A stretch of 64,000 nt of DNA from a virus. The notes under the pieces were generated by a model. That model did no database searches and had not been told where the DNA came from. It saw nothing but the letters and a program-made list of their open reading frames with translations. The position numbers were made by a program, and so were the translations under genes. Below are positions 56,262-64,000 of the stretch, one piece after another (positions within the stretch are counted from its first letter, which is position 1; every line of letters starts with the position of its first letter). The stretch is taken from the IMG/VR virus record IMGVR_UViG_3300025645_000067, positions 2,949 to 66,948 of that record; one strand, written 5' to 3'.

Positions 56262-56946
56262 GACCACTATAAAGACAGTCCTTTCCAACTATGTCGATAC
56301 AAACATAAATACCAATAATGCCCAAGCAATTACAGGCAGTATTATGAATGTCTTTTTAAAGGATTTTTTAGATGCTATTGAATCTTCTATGATAAGGAGT
56401 AATACACCACCCACGTTAGATACTGATAAAAGATTTTGGTATGACTTGGATAATGATGTATTAAAGGTAAGGAATGCAGCCGATAATGATTGGGTAACTA
56501 TTGGAGGCTTGGCAGGAGCAGTATTGGATTTAGGGGATGGGTGTATCGTAGAAGTATTAGGAAATACTACCGTAGGGGATTGGAGCTATACCAAGGCTAA
56601 TGGTCAAGGTACTATAATCATACCTCTCAACTCTTTTCTTTTGAATGGTACGATTAGAGGCAGTATGGCTGATGGTAATTATGCCGATGGTAATTATGTA
56701 AGTGCTTTTAGATTAAATATTAGGAATACAGGAGGGGGTTATAATTTGAATTATGCTACAGCTTTAATTAAGAAAATGGACATCGTAGATGCGACAAACC
56801 AAGGGCAAATAAATGTCAATACTCCGATGGTATTTGACCAAGGATTAATCCAAAAATCTATTTGCGGTATTACTAGTAATGAGATTGGTATAGGCTTTAA
56901 TAGAATTAGTCAATTTTATACCGCGGGATGGATGATAACCTTTTAA
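56254..56946 (+). CDS. putative virion fibre/adaptor protein (no signal peptide)
   Basis: N-terminal I.TN....ITG..MN..L.D and FWYDLDNDVLKV....WV modules typical of phage fibres. Confidence 0.55.
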   Translation: MIKTTIKTVLSNYVDTNINTNNAQAITGSIMNVFLKDFLDAIESSMIRSNTPPTLDTDKRFWYDLDNDVLKVRNAADNDWVTIGGLAGAVLDLGDGCIVEVLGNTTVGDWSYTKANGQGTIIIPLNSFLLNGTIRGSMADGNYADGNYVSAFRLNIRNTGGGYNLNYATALIKKMDIVDATNQGQINVNTPMVFDQGLIQKSICGITSNEIGIGFNRISQFYTAGWMITF

Positions 56947-56955
56947 CCCTAAGAA

Positions 56956-57849
56956 ATGAGAATTTTATATACAGTATTCTTCTTCCTATCCTTAGGAGCT
57001 AATTTAATAAGCCAAGACTCATTACATCAAACATTTAATGCTTTGATTACTATTGAGTCCAGTAGTGGATTTGAACCTAGCTATAGAATAGTAGGGAATG
57101 TGAACAACCCGTCAGGTAAGTTTTTACCAACTGCTCAGAGTATTACAGAAGGTATGTTTATCACAGCCGAATATGCCCAAGGAATAAATAGATTTACAGC
57201 AAGTTTTGAAATAGATTCAGTAGTTAGTGTAGTAGGGAGTAGGGTTACATTGGATTTGACTAATAGAAGTGGTAAGCCTGTTTACTCTTTTCCTGTAGGT
57301 ACTCATGGTATTGGGGGAAGGGCAGGAGTATTTATAGCGGTCACTACAGCCGAGCCTCAGGAGGAGAGGGTAAGTAAGATTAATGACGTGTTTTATAGGC
57401 TAAGAAACTCCTTAGATACTTTCTACATAAATAAGAATTTAGATACAACTATTATTTGTTATTCATTTATAAAAAATGATAGTGTTTTGTGTGATACCTT
57501 ACTAGATGTTTCTTTGCATCCATTATTGAAAGATACTGTCACAATTTCAGGTTTCGTACCTACTTTATATGCTCCTTTACATTATAATGGCGCAGATTTT
57601 GAGTTAGCTGATACTAGTAAATTAGCCTCAGTATTAATTGTAGATATATTAGATGCCACAACTGTAGTTATAACCCATGAGGGTACTTACGAGAACATTT
57701 TTAGTATACCCTCAGGTATTTATTTTTTAGGGGCGACTATAGGAGTAGCCACTACTACCATATTTGATAGAAATAAACAATTTCTATATGAAGTCTATGG
57801 GAATAGAATACATATAGATATAGGCGATATAATATTGAATACAAATTAA
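56956..57849 (+). CDS. secreted-type protein, beta-rich
   Basis: Signal peptide MRILYTVFFFLSLGANLIS-Q. Confidence 0.7.
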   Translation: MRILYTVFFFLSLGANLISQDSLHQTFNALITIESSSGFEPSYRIVGNVNNPSGKFLPTAQSITEGMFITAEYAQGINRFTASFEIDSVVSVVGSRVTLDLTNRSGKPVYSFPVGTHGIGGRAGVFIAVTTAEPQEERVSKINDVFYRLRNSLDTFYINKNLDTTIICYSFIKNDSVLCDTLLDVSLHPLLKDTVTISGFVPTLYAPLHYNGADFELADTSKLASVLIVDILDATTVVITHEGTYENIFSIPSGIYFLGATIGVATTTIFDRNKQFLYEVYGNRIHIDIGDIILNTN

Positions 57850-57890
57850 TCTCTCTATTTCAAATTTTTTCAACTTTGTAAACAGGCTAT

Positions 57891-58286
57891 ATGATGGACA
57901 TAGACCTTTTAATGGTTAAGGAGGGGTTAACCCAATTATTAATGGTTACGGGAAGTGTAGGGTTAGCCGTATCAGAAAAGACACAAATAAGCCTACTTAA
58001 TATTTTATATGTATTAGTACTTACTTTATGTTTTATATTATTTATTTCTCCTTCTGTATGTGGTATTACTGAGGCTATAAAATGCGAGGCTATAGAATTT
58101 ATAGTAGGAGCATCTAGTTTAAGATTAGTTAGTATTTTTCAATTATTATTAGAGGGTACTATTAAAATAATTACTAAGACAATAGTTAAAATAACCGAAC
58201 AACCTTTACAATTTTTATCTAAGATTTTTGGAATAGATTTAACTTTAAATAATAAAGATGGAAAAAATAATGATGATATTAACTAA
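57891..58286 (+). CDS. small membrane protein (holin-like)
   Basis: 2-3 hydrophobic segments, FIVG motif, charged C-terminus. Confidence 0.55.
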   Translation: MMDIDLLMVKEGLTQLLMVTGSVGLAVSEKTQISLLNILYVLVLTLCFILFISPSVCGITEAIKCEAIEFIVGASSLRLVSIFQLLLEGTIKIITKTIVKITEQPLQFLSKIFGIDLTLNNKDGKNNDDIN

Positions 58287-58881
58287 ACAATTTACTCCTC
58301 TAAAAGAAAGTAAGGGGTTAGATTTAAATTTAAATATGAAAGGTATATTCAATGTAATTGTACCTTATGTTTTAATTATTTTAGGAATAGTTATTATGTT
58401 AGGTTGGCTCTGCGAGTGGGAGTGGGTAATTAAGGACGAAGTAGGTATGAAATTCCAAACCGCTTTATACTTTTTTATAATTGGGATAGTGTTTATTAGG
58501 TCAGAGAAGAAACGCTCCCAACATTATTTTTTAGGTTGGATTAGTGGAGTACTTATTTGTTTTGTTATTAGTGTTTTATTAGGTAAAACTGTATCTTTTC
58601 TCCCTCCCTTTGCTCTTAGTACAGGTGTAGAAATTCCTACTGTAATTATTCCTTCCTACTTAGCTATATTCCTAGCTGTAACATCTATAGCAGGAACTTA
58701 TTTCCAACTTTATAAAATGAGTTTAATTATTATTATCTTTGCTATAATTGCTCTCTTAGGGCATACTCTACAAGTACCTATATTATACGGCTACTTACCT
58801 CAGTTAAGTAAAGGTATGGCGTTTACTACTTCTATTGGTATGCTACACGTAGGAGCATGGATGTATCATAAATACAAATAA
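58258..58881 (+). CDS. multi-pass membrane protein resembling a histidine-kinase/GGDEF N-terminal membrane domain
   Basis: MLGW...MKFQTALYF..IG...LLGH..QVPILYG....GMAFTTS; about 6 TM segments, no output domain. Confidence 0.6.
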   Translation: MEKIMMILTKQFTPLKESKGLDLNLNMKGIFNVIVPYVLIILGIVIMLGWLCEWEWVIKDEVGMKFQTALYFFIIGIVFIRSEKKRSQHYFLGWISGVLICFVISVLLGKTVSFLPPFALSTGVEIPTVIIPSYLAIFLAVTSIAGTYFQLYKMSLIIIIFAIIALLGHTLQVPILYGYLPQLSKGMAFTTSIGMLHVGAWMYHKYK

Positions 58882-58884
58882 AGC

Positions 58885-59850
58885 ATGAGGTTATTAGTTA
58901 CCATCATTTTTAGTTTACTCTCCATTGTATGTATGGGGCAAAGTAATAATAGGAAACAAACTATTAGTGCTGATAAATATGTAGTATCGGTTATTTATAA
59001 TGACTCATCTACTATATTTAAGCTTAGTGATAGTACAAGCTTTGAGGTCGCTATTAATGAGGTATCCATAGTCAATGGAGTACCTATAGGAGTGATACCT
59101 AATGTAGAAATTGTAGCAGATACATCTAGTGGCATACCTATTTTTTATATGGATTTGGGAGGTACAGGTAATTGGATAAAAGCTTTTGGTGGTATAACAG
59201 GAGGAGAGGTAAAGACAGATACTTTAGTACTATATGGTATAGGTAGTGATTCTATTAAGATAACTATACCAGAAATAAACCTAAGTGGGGATATAGGTAC
59301 TGGTAAACTAGGGTTGGGAGATACTTTAAATTTTAGGAGTGGGAAAAATGTAACGGTATTAGAAGTTATAAACGATGGTAATAATAATTTGAGGTTGTTA
59401 TTGAATCTAAATTTTAGTAACTTGGATAGTACCGATACGGGGAATATAGCTACTAAATTAATGACTGATTCAGTAGCTAATAGACTCTTTAAAGACAGTT
59501 TACACATTGACTCTATCCAATACCTTTTAGATAATTCTATTGACTCTATTAAGTTTATAAATGATAGTATTAGTATCTATTGGCATAGGAAGGAGGTGGA
59601 TAGAATAAGGTCAGGTATAGGGCTTATTACAGTAGATACGGTAACGATAGGTAGTAGTAGTTTTATTGATGTAGCTTTTGACCTTCCTACTACCAATATT
59701 GAAAATGAACTAGAAATAGTACGGGATGGTTTTAGTTGTACTCATGGTAGGGATTATACCATAGGATTGAATGGAGTAGGTTTGAGGAGAAGGATTACAT
59801 TTATTATACCTCTCTTAAATGAGAGGGTAAGAATAGAATTAAGATTATGA
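58885..59850 (+). CDS. secreted-type fibre-like protein
   Basis: Signal peptide ...IVCMG-Q; GDIGTGKLGLGDTLNF fibre segment; C-terminal VRDG...GRDYT...ITF module. Confidence 0.7.
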   Translation: MRLLVTIIFSLLSIVCMGQSNNRKQTISADKYVVSVIYNDSSTIFKLSDSTSFEVAINEVSIVNGVPIGVIPNVEIVADTSSGIPIFYMDLGGTGNWIKAFGGITGGEVKTDTLVLYGIGSDSIKITIPEINLSGDIGTGKLGLGDTLNFRSGKNVTVLEVINDGNNNLRLLLNLNFSNLDSTDTGNIATKLMTDSVANRLFKDSLHIDSIQYLLDNSIDSIKFINDSISIYWHRKEVDRIRSGIGLITVDTVTIGSSSFIDVAFDLPTTNIENELEIVRDGFSCTHGRDYTIGLNGVGLRRRITFIIPLLNERVRIELRL

Positions 59851-60434
59851 AGTATTTACTTTTATGTATTTTGGCACTATGCTCTATTAGGACTTCTGCT
59901 CAGGTATCTTGTGTAGTAGATAGTATAGGTATCGCTCCTTGTGTTTTTGACCAAAAGGTCTATGTAATACCTGTTCATGTAGCTTATACAGGTACACCAG
60001 ATAGTGTTTTGATTGAAGTTACAGGATTAGACTATACCTTCCAGCCACAATATTTTAGGATGTTCCAACACTTCACTAATCCAAGCAGTACAAATACTTT
60101 TAATTTTCCGATATATGATAAGGATGTTTATACTGATAGCGTTGATGTTAAAATTACTTTAATCGGTCATACTTGTAATAGTGTTACTGACTTCCTTATG
60201 GAAACATTAATTGTTGATGACCCAATATGTTTTTGTCAGGAATATTATGTTTTGAGTGGACAATTAAATGAGGATAAAAACTACATTGTATCTACTTATA
60301 TAGAATCAAGCCAAGAAATATTAACAGGAAATAATGTATTATATTCAGCTAAAACACATATAGAGTTAACCGATGGATTTGTATTAGAAGATGAGTCCAT
60401 TTTAGAAATAAACCATATAGGATGCGATTTATAA
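59847..60434 (+). CDS. secreted-type protein with Bacteroidota-like C-terminal beta domain
   Basis: Signal peptide ...RTSA-Q; IESSQEI..GNNVLYSAK.HIELTDGF...GC resembles the 3-coathanger stack domain. Confidence 0.65.
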   Translation: MKYLLLCILALCSIRTSAQVSCVVDSIGIAPCVFDQKVYVIPVHVAYTGTPDSVLIEVTGLDYTFQPQYFRMFQHFTNPSSTNTFNFPIYDKDVYTDSVDVKITLIGHTCNSVTDFLMETLIVDDPICFCQEYYVLSGQLNEDKNYIVSTYIESSQEILTGNNVLYSAKTHIELTDGFVLEDESILEINHIGCDL

Positions 60435-63400
60435 TTATAGTAATATTAGGTTTATTCCCTTTTCTCCTTACAGCACAAAATGAGGGGCTAAATTATTATT
60501 TAATTAAGCCTGCTACTGGTGAGGGTTTTGTACTTTATAGTACCGACTTAGGAGGCAGATTTTCTCCTGTTTTATTATCTACTTTAATAGATACTACAGG
60601 AGTAAATACTGACTCTTTAGTGGCAAGTAATCAATTAATATCTATCTCTCCTTTCCTTTCGCCAAATGGAGATACTATAGGAACAATATTTATGTTGTCA
60701 GGTAGTGGAGGGCAATTATATTATAAAAATGGTTACGGTATGAGCATTCAAACCGATGGATTAAGTACTATTTTAAATACAGATACTTCTACATTAGATA
60801 ATAGATATTTTAAATTGCTTGAAGGATTAAGAGTATTAGACACCTTAGGGTTTCATGCAGATACACTATTAGTTTTCAGAGATTCCATTGATAGCCATTC
60901 TGACCGATTAGATAATATAGAGGCAAGCAGTAGCGATAATCAAACATTAAGCTTTATTTTTCCAGACCTCAGTATCCTAAGGGGGAATAGTGTAAGTTTG
61001 TCAGCATTAAGAGAGTGGGCAAATATAACAGGTAAACCTACTACTTTTCCTGCCACTTCTCACAATCATGTTGAAAGTGAAATTAGTGATTTAGTGCATT
61101 ATACAGATAGTGACATTGATGGTAATGAAACCGCTTTTACTGGTTGGGATAAGAACGTATCTGATGATTTTAGTGGAGATTATAATGACTTAGCCAATTT
61201 ACCCACCATACCTACAAATAATAATGAGTTGACCAATGGAGCAGGTTATTTTAATACTACTAATGATGGTAGTGGTAGTGGGTTAGATGCTGACTTTTTA
61301 GATGGTTTAAGTAGTGCTTATTATTTAGATTATGGGAATATTACAAATCCTCCCACAATTCCAGATAATTATGTAGGCTTGGTTAGTTTTACTAATAATA
61401 TCCTAAGTTTTACAGGAGTAGGAACAGGTTTCAATAATACAATATCTTTAGCAGGTATTTCCCCAACTTGGAATAATATAACAGGCAAGCCTACTACTTT
61501 TCCTGCTACCCCTCACAACCACACAGAAAGCGATATAAGCGACCTTAGCCATTATACGGATTCGGATATAAATGGTAATGAAACCGCTTTTACTGGTTGG
61601 GATAAGAACGTATCTGATGATTTTAGTGGAGATTATAATGACTTAGCCAATTTACCCACTATTTTAAATTCTAAATGGACTAATAGTGGTAATAATACCT
61701 ATTTAACCGAAACGGGAAATTTTGTAGGTATAGGAGTTACTTCTCCAAGTTTTAAATTAGAGGTAGAAGAAAACTCGTCTAATGCTTTACCTGCTACTTC
61801 TGGTACAACCCAAACAGGAGGAATAATAAGATTAGGGGCAGTAGGACAAACAGCTTTAGATATTGGGCTTTATGGTACAGGAGGAAAAGCTTGGTTGCAA
61901 GCAGTAGATAAAAGTAACCTTTCAATAAATAAGTCTATTCTAATTAATCCTAATGGTGGGTTTGTAGGGCTAGGTACTGTAACACCTACCCAAGAACTAC
62001 ATATAGGTGCAGACATGCGGTTAGAAGGGGGGCTATACGATGTTAATAATCAAAAGGGTACAAATCTACAGATACTAGGTTCTACAGGAACTAGTGTAGA
62101 TTGGGTAGACAATGTACATTATACTGATAGTGATATTGATGGTAATGAATCTGCCTTCACAGGGTGGGATAAAGATGTATCTGATGATTTTGACGGTGTT
62201 TATTCTAGCCTAACAGGTAAACCAACGACAATCAGTGAAGCTCAGGCGAGTGCCATAACAGCGAACACGGCAAAGAATACCTACCCAAGTGCAGATGCTT
62301 CCAAGCTGGCAGGGATTGCAGCAGGGGCAGAAGTCAATGTACAGAGTGATTGGAATGCAGTTTCAGGAGACACTTATATAATGAACAAACCTACTACTAT
62401 AAGCGGTGTGGGTTTAGGTTTAGATCTAGAATCTGGTAATACAGAAGTGCACTTGAACTTTTCAGAGTTACCTATAGATGCTAGCCCAATAAGTACATCT
62501 AACTTTGTTTACTCTGATGCAGCAACAGAGAAGATAATTACTTTTGCTGATCTAGATGCAGCTATAAACAATACAACTAATACGTCTGTATCTGTAACAG
62601 GCACGACTACAAAAACATTAACTCTTTTTGACTCAGACGGGAATGATGTTGCTACAACTTTTACAGATGAAAATGATATACCTAATAGTACTACTATTAC
62701 ACTAAGTACATCTGGATTACTTACTGGTGGCGGTACATTCAATACTAATCAAGGAACGCCTTCTAGCCTTAGTTTTAATGTAGATCCGTCGATAGAGTCT
62801 AAGTGGACATTGTCTGGAAATGCTATAGAAAATAATAATTCTGGTTCAGTTAAGATAGCAGATGAATTGGAAATAGCAAAAGGATTGTCAATACCTCTTG
62901 AAACAAGAGCTAATGGAGATGTAATATCTTTAAATACTGCCACCAAAAGCAGATTTAGACTACAAGGACATATAGGACTGACTAGTGGAACTACAAATAC
63001 TAGTGGTTATGAAATAGAATTAACTTGTGAGAGATTGGCTGGATGTGTGGTTTCTCCAGATATTTTCTTTGGTACTCTTAGGTTAGGTAACACTAACATA
63101 TCGAGTTTGTCGCTAGTTAATGGAGAAACTGTCAGAATAAAGAAAGATAATTCTGTTTGGATTGTACTAAAAGCTGCAGCAGTTACAGCAGGGACAGAAG
63201 TAGATCCTACAGTTTCTGCTACAGTAAAAGCAATAACAGGAACAGATGTATCTAATTGGAATACTGCTTATGGTTGGGGCAATCATGCTAGTGCAGGTTA
63301 TATAACTACGGACTTAAATAATTATCCTACAACTCTTAATGTAACAGGAACAACAACAAAAACAATAACCATTCAGCGAAATGGCTTATCTGATTTGACC

Positions 63401-63871
63401 GCTAATTTTACTGACTTACAGGGAACAGGTCAGCAAGGTCAGCAAGGTCCGCAAGGTCCAGAAGGTCCAGAAGGTCCAGAAGGTCCGCAAGGTCCGCAAG
63501 GTCCAGAAGGTCCAGAAGGTCCAGAAGGTCCACAAGGACCAGCAGGAACTTTGGTTGATGATTCAGCTTCAGAAGTATTAGTAGGTTATGATAACATAGA
63601 CGGTGATGCTGTTTATAAGCTAACTTTAGATTATGGTTCGGTAGCTGCAAATACAACTGAAACTATAGCTGTTACTTTAACTAACTTAGAAGATATAAGG
63701 TTTAGAGCTGTAACAGGTAGTGCTCAGTATGTAGGCACATCATCAATTCAAATGAGTACAGGCGATACTTCACTTATTAGGTGTTGGTATTCATCAGGTT
63801 TATTAAGAGTACAAAATCACTCAGGTTCTACATTTTCTAGCGTAAAAGCTACAATATTTTATACAAAATAA
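60422..63871 (+). CDS. secreted-type long fibre protein with internal repeats and collagen-like segment
   Basis: Signal peptide ...LLTA-Q; WxNITGKP..HNH repeats, [36 protein letters not shown], (Gxy)13. Confidence 0.85.
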   Translation: MRFIIIVILGLFPFLLTAQNEGLNYYLIKPATGEGFVLYSTDLGGRFSPVLLSTLIDTTGVNTDSLVASNQLISISPFLSPNGDTIGTIFMLSGSGGQLYYKNGYGMSIQTDGLSTILNTDTSTLDNRYFKLLEGLRVLDTLGFHADTLLVFRDSIDSHSDRLDNIEASSSDNQTLSFIFPDLSILRGNSVSLSALREWANITGKPTTFPATSHNHVESEISDLVHYTDSDIDGNETAFTGWDKNVSDDFSGDYNDLANLPTIPTNNNELTNGAGYFNTTNDGSGSGLDADFLDGLSSAYYLDYGNITNPPTIPDNYVGLVSFTNNILSFTGVGTGFNNTISLAGISPTWNNITGKPTTFPATPHNHTESDISDLSHYTDSDINGNETAFTGWDKNVSDDFSGDYNDLANLPTILNSKWTNSGNNTYLTETGNFVGIGVTSPSFKLEVEENSSNALPATSGTTQTGGIIRLGAVGQTALDIGLYGTGGKAWLQAVDKSNLSINKSILINPNGGFVGLGTVTPTQELHIGADMRLEGGLYDVNNQKGTNLQILGSTGTSVDWVDNVHYTDSDIDGNESAFTGWDKDVSDDFDGVYSSLTGKPTTISEAQASAITANTAKNTYPSADASKLAGIAAGAEVNVQSDWNAVSGDTYIMNKPTTISGVGLGLDLESGNTEVHLNFSELPIDASPISTSNFVYSDAATEKIITFADLDAAINNTTNTSVSVTGTTTKTLTLFDSDGNDVATTFTDENDIPNSTTITLSTSGLLTGGGTFNTNQGTPSSLSFNVDPSIESKWTLSGNAIENNNSGSVKIADELEIAKGLSIPLETRANGDVISLNTATKSRFRLQGHIGLTSGTTNTSGYEIELTCERLAGCVVSPDIFFGTLRLGNTNISSLSLVNGETVRIKKDNSVWIVLKAAAVTAGTEVDPTVSATVKAITGTDVSNWNTAYGWGNHASAGYITTDLNNYPTTLNVTGTTTKTITIQRNGLSDLTANFTDLQGTGQQGQQGPQGPEGPEGPEGPQGPQGPEGPEGPEGPQGPAGTLVDDSASEVLVGYDNIDGDAVYKLTLDYGSVAANTTETIAVTLTNLEDIRFRAVTGSAQYVGTSSIQMSTGDTSLIRCWYSSGLLRVQNHSGSTFSSVKATIFYTK
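61016..61660 (+). repeat. internal duplication in the fibre gene (61016-61207 and 61469-61660)
   Basis: 88-bp identical core at 61119-61206 and 61572-61659; diverged third copy at about 62117-62195. Confidence 0.9.
63428..63544 (+). repeat. 9-bp tandem repeat x13 encoding collagen-like G-P-Q/E
   Basis: ggtcagcaa, ggtccgcaa and ggtccagaa units. Confidence 0.95.
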
Positions 63872-63877
63872 CATAAC

Positions 63878-64000
63878 ATGAAAAATATAATTTTAGTTTT
63901 TCTGCTATTTGCCTTATGGCAAACATCTTATGCTCAATTAAAAGTCATCAGTGGTGATGTCCACATAGGTGGTTCTAGTCCAACCGAAAAGCTGACTGTC
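63878..64000 (+). CDS. secreted-type fibre-like protein (3' truncated by window)
   Basis: MKNIILVFLLFALWQTSYA-QLKVISGDVHIGGSSPTEKLTV. Confidence 0.7.
   Translation, partial: MKNIILVFLLFALWQTSYAQLKVISGDVHIGGSSPTEKLTV

Noticed and set aside
2083-63656. All minus-strand ORFs in the track
   Set aside because: They are short shadows of well-supported + strand genes with no recognisable motifs; 63408-63656 is just the antisense of the collagen repeat.
1-64000. Stop-codon reassignment
   Set aside because: Standard code gives dense, full-length genes, and TAA, TAG and TGA all occur at sensible gene ends.

Overview
This window holds most of an AT-rich tailed phage genome with a contractile (P2/Mu-type) tail. 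The host is very probably a Bacteroidota, judged from TAnnTTTG-type promoters, A-rich leaders without Shine-Dalgarno sequences, and signal peptides followed by Gln. All credible protein genes are on the + strand. Gene order: tail chaperone, tape measure, baseplate and fibre (1-9.5 kb); early genes (RadC, DUF932); replication and recombination genes (14-34 kb); a putative glycosylation/modification cluster (36.9-42.1 kb); terminase, amidase, portal-MuF, protease/scaffold, capsid and neck; then a run of fibre-like proteins with Sec signal peptides (57-64 kb). Sheath and tube genes are not in the window, and no integrase or tRNA was seen. Main highlights: (1) a UDG-fused family A DNA polymerase broken into two genes by a naturally split intein, with a free-standing Vsr/DUF559-like endonuclease between the halves; (2) a cluster of ParB-N, TAGT-like glycosyltransferase, methyltransferase, PIG-L deacetylase and WbqC next to the terminase; (3) five secreted-type proteins with virion/fibre modules in the structural operon; (4) a repeated palindrome-plus-promoter cassette, with candidate antisense RNAs complementary to the leaders of cassette-driven genes. 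All calls come from reading motifs by eye; no database searches were run.
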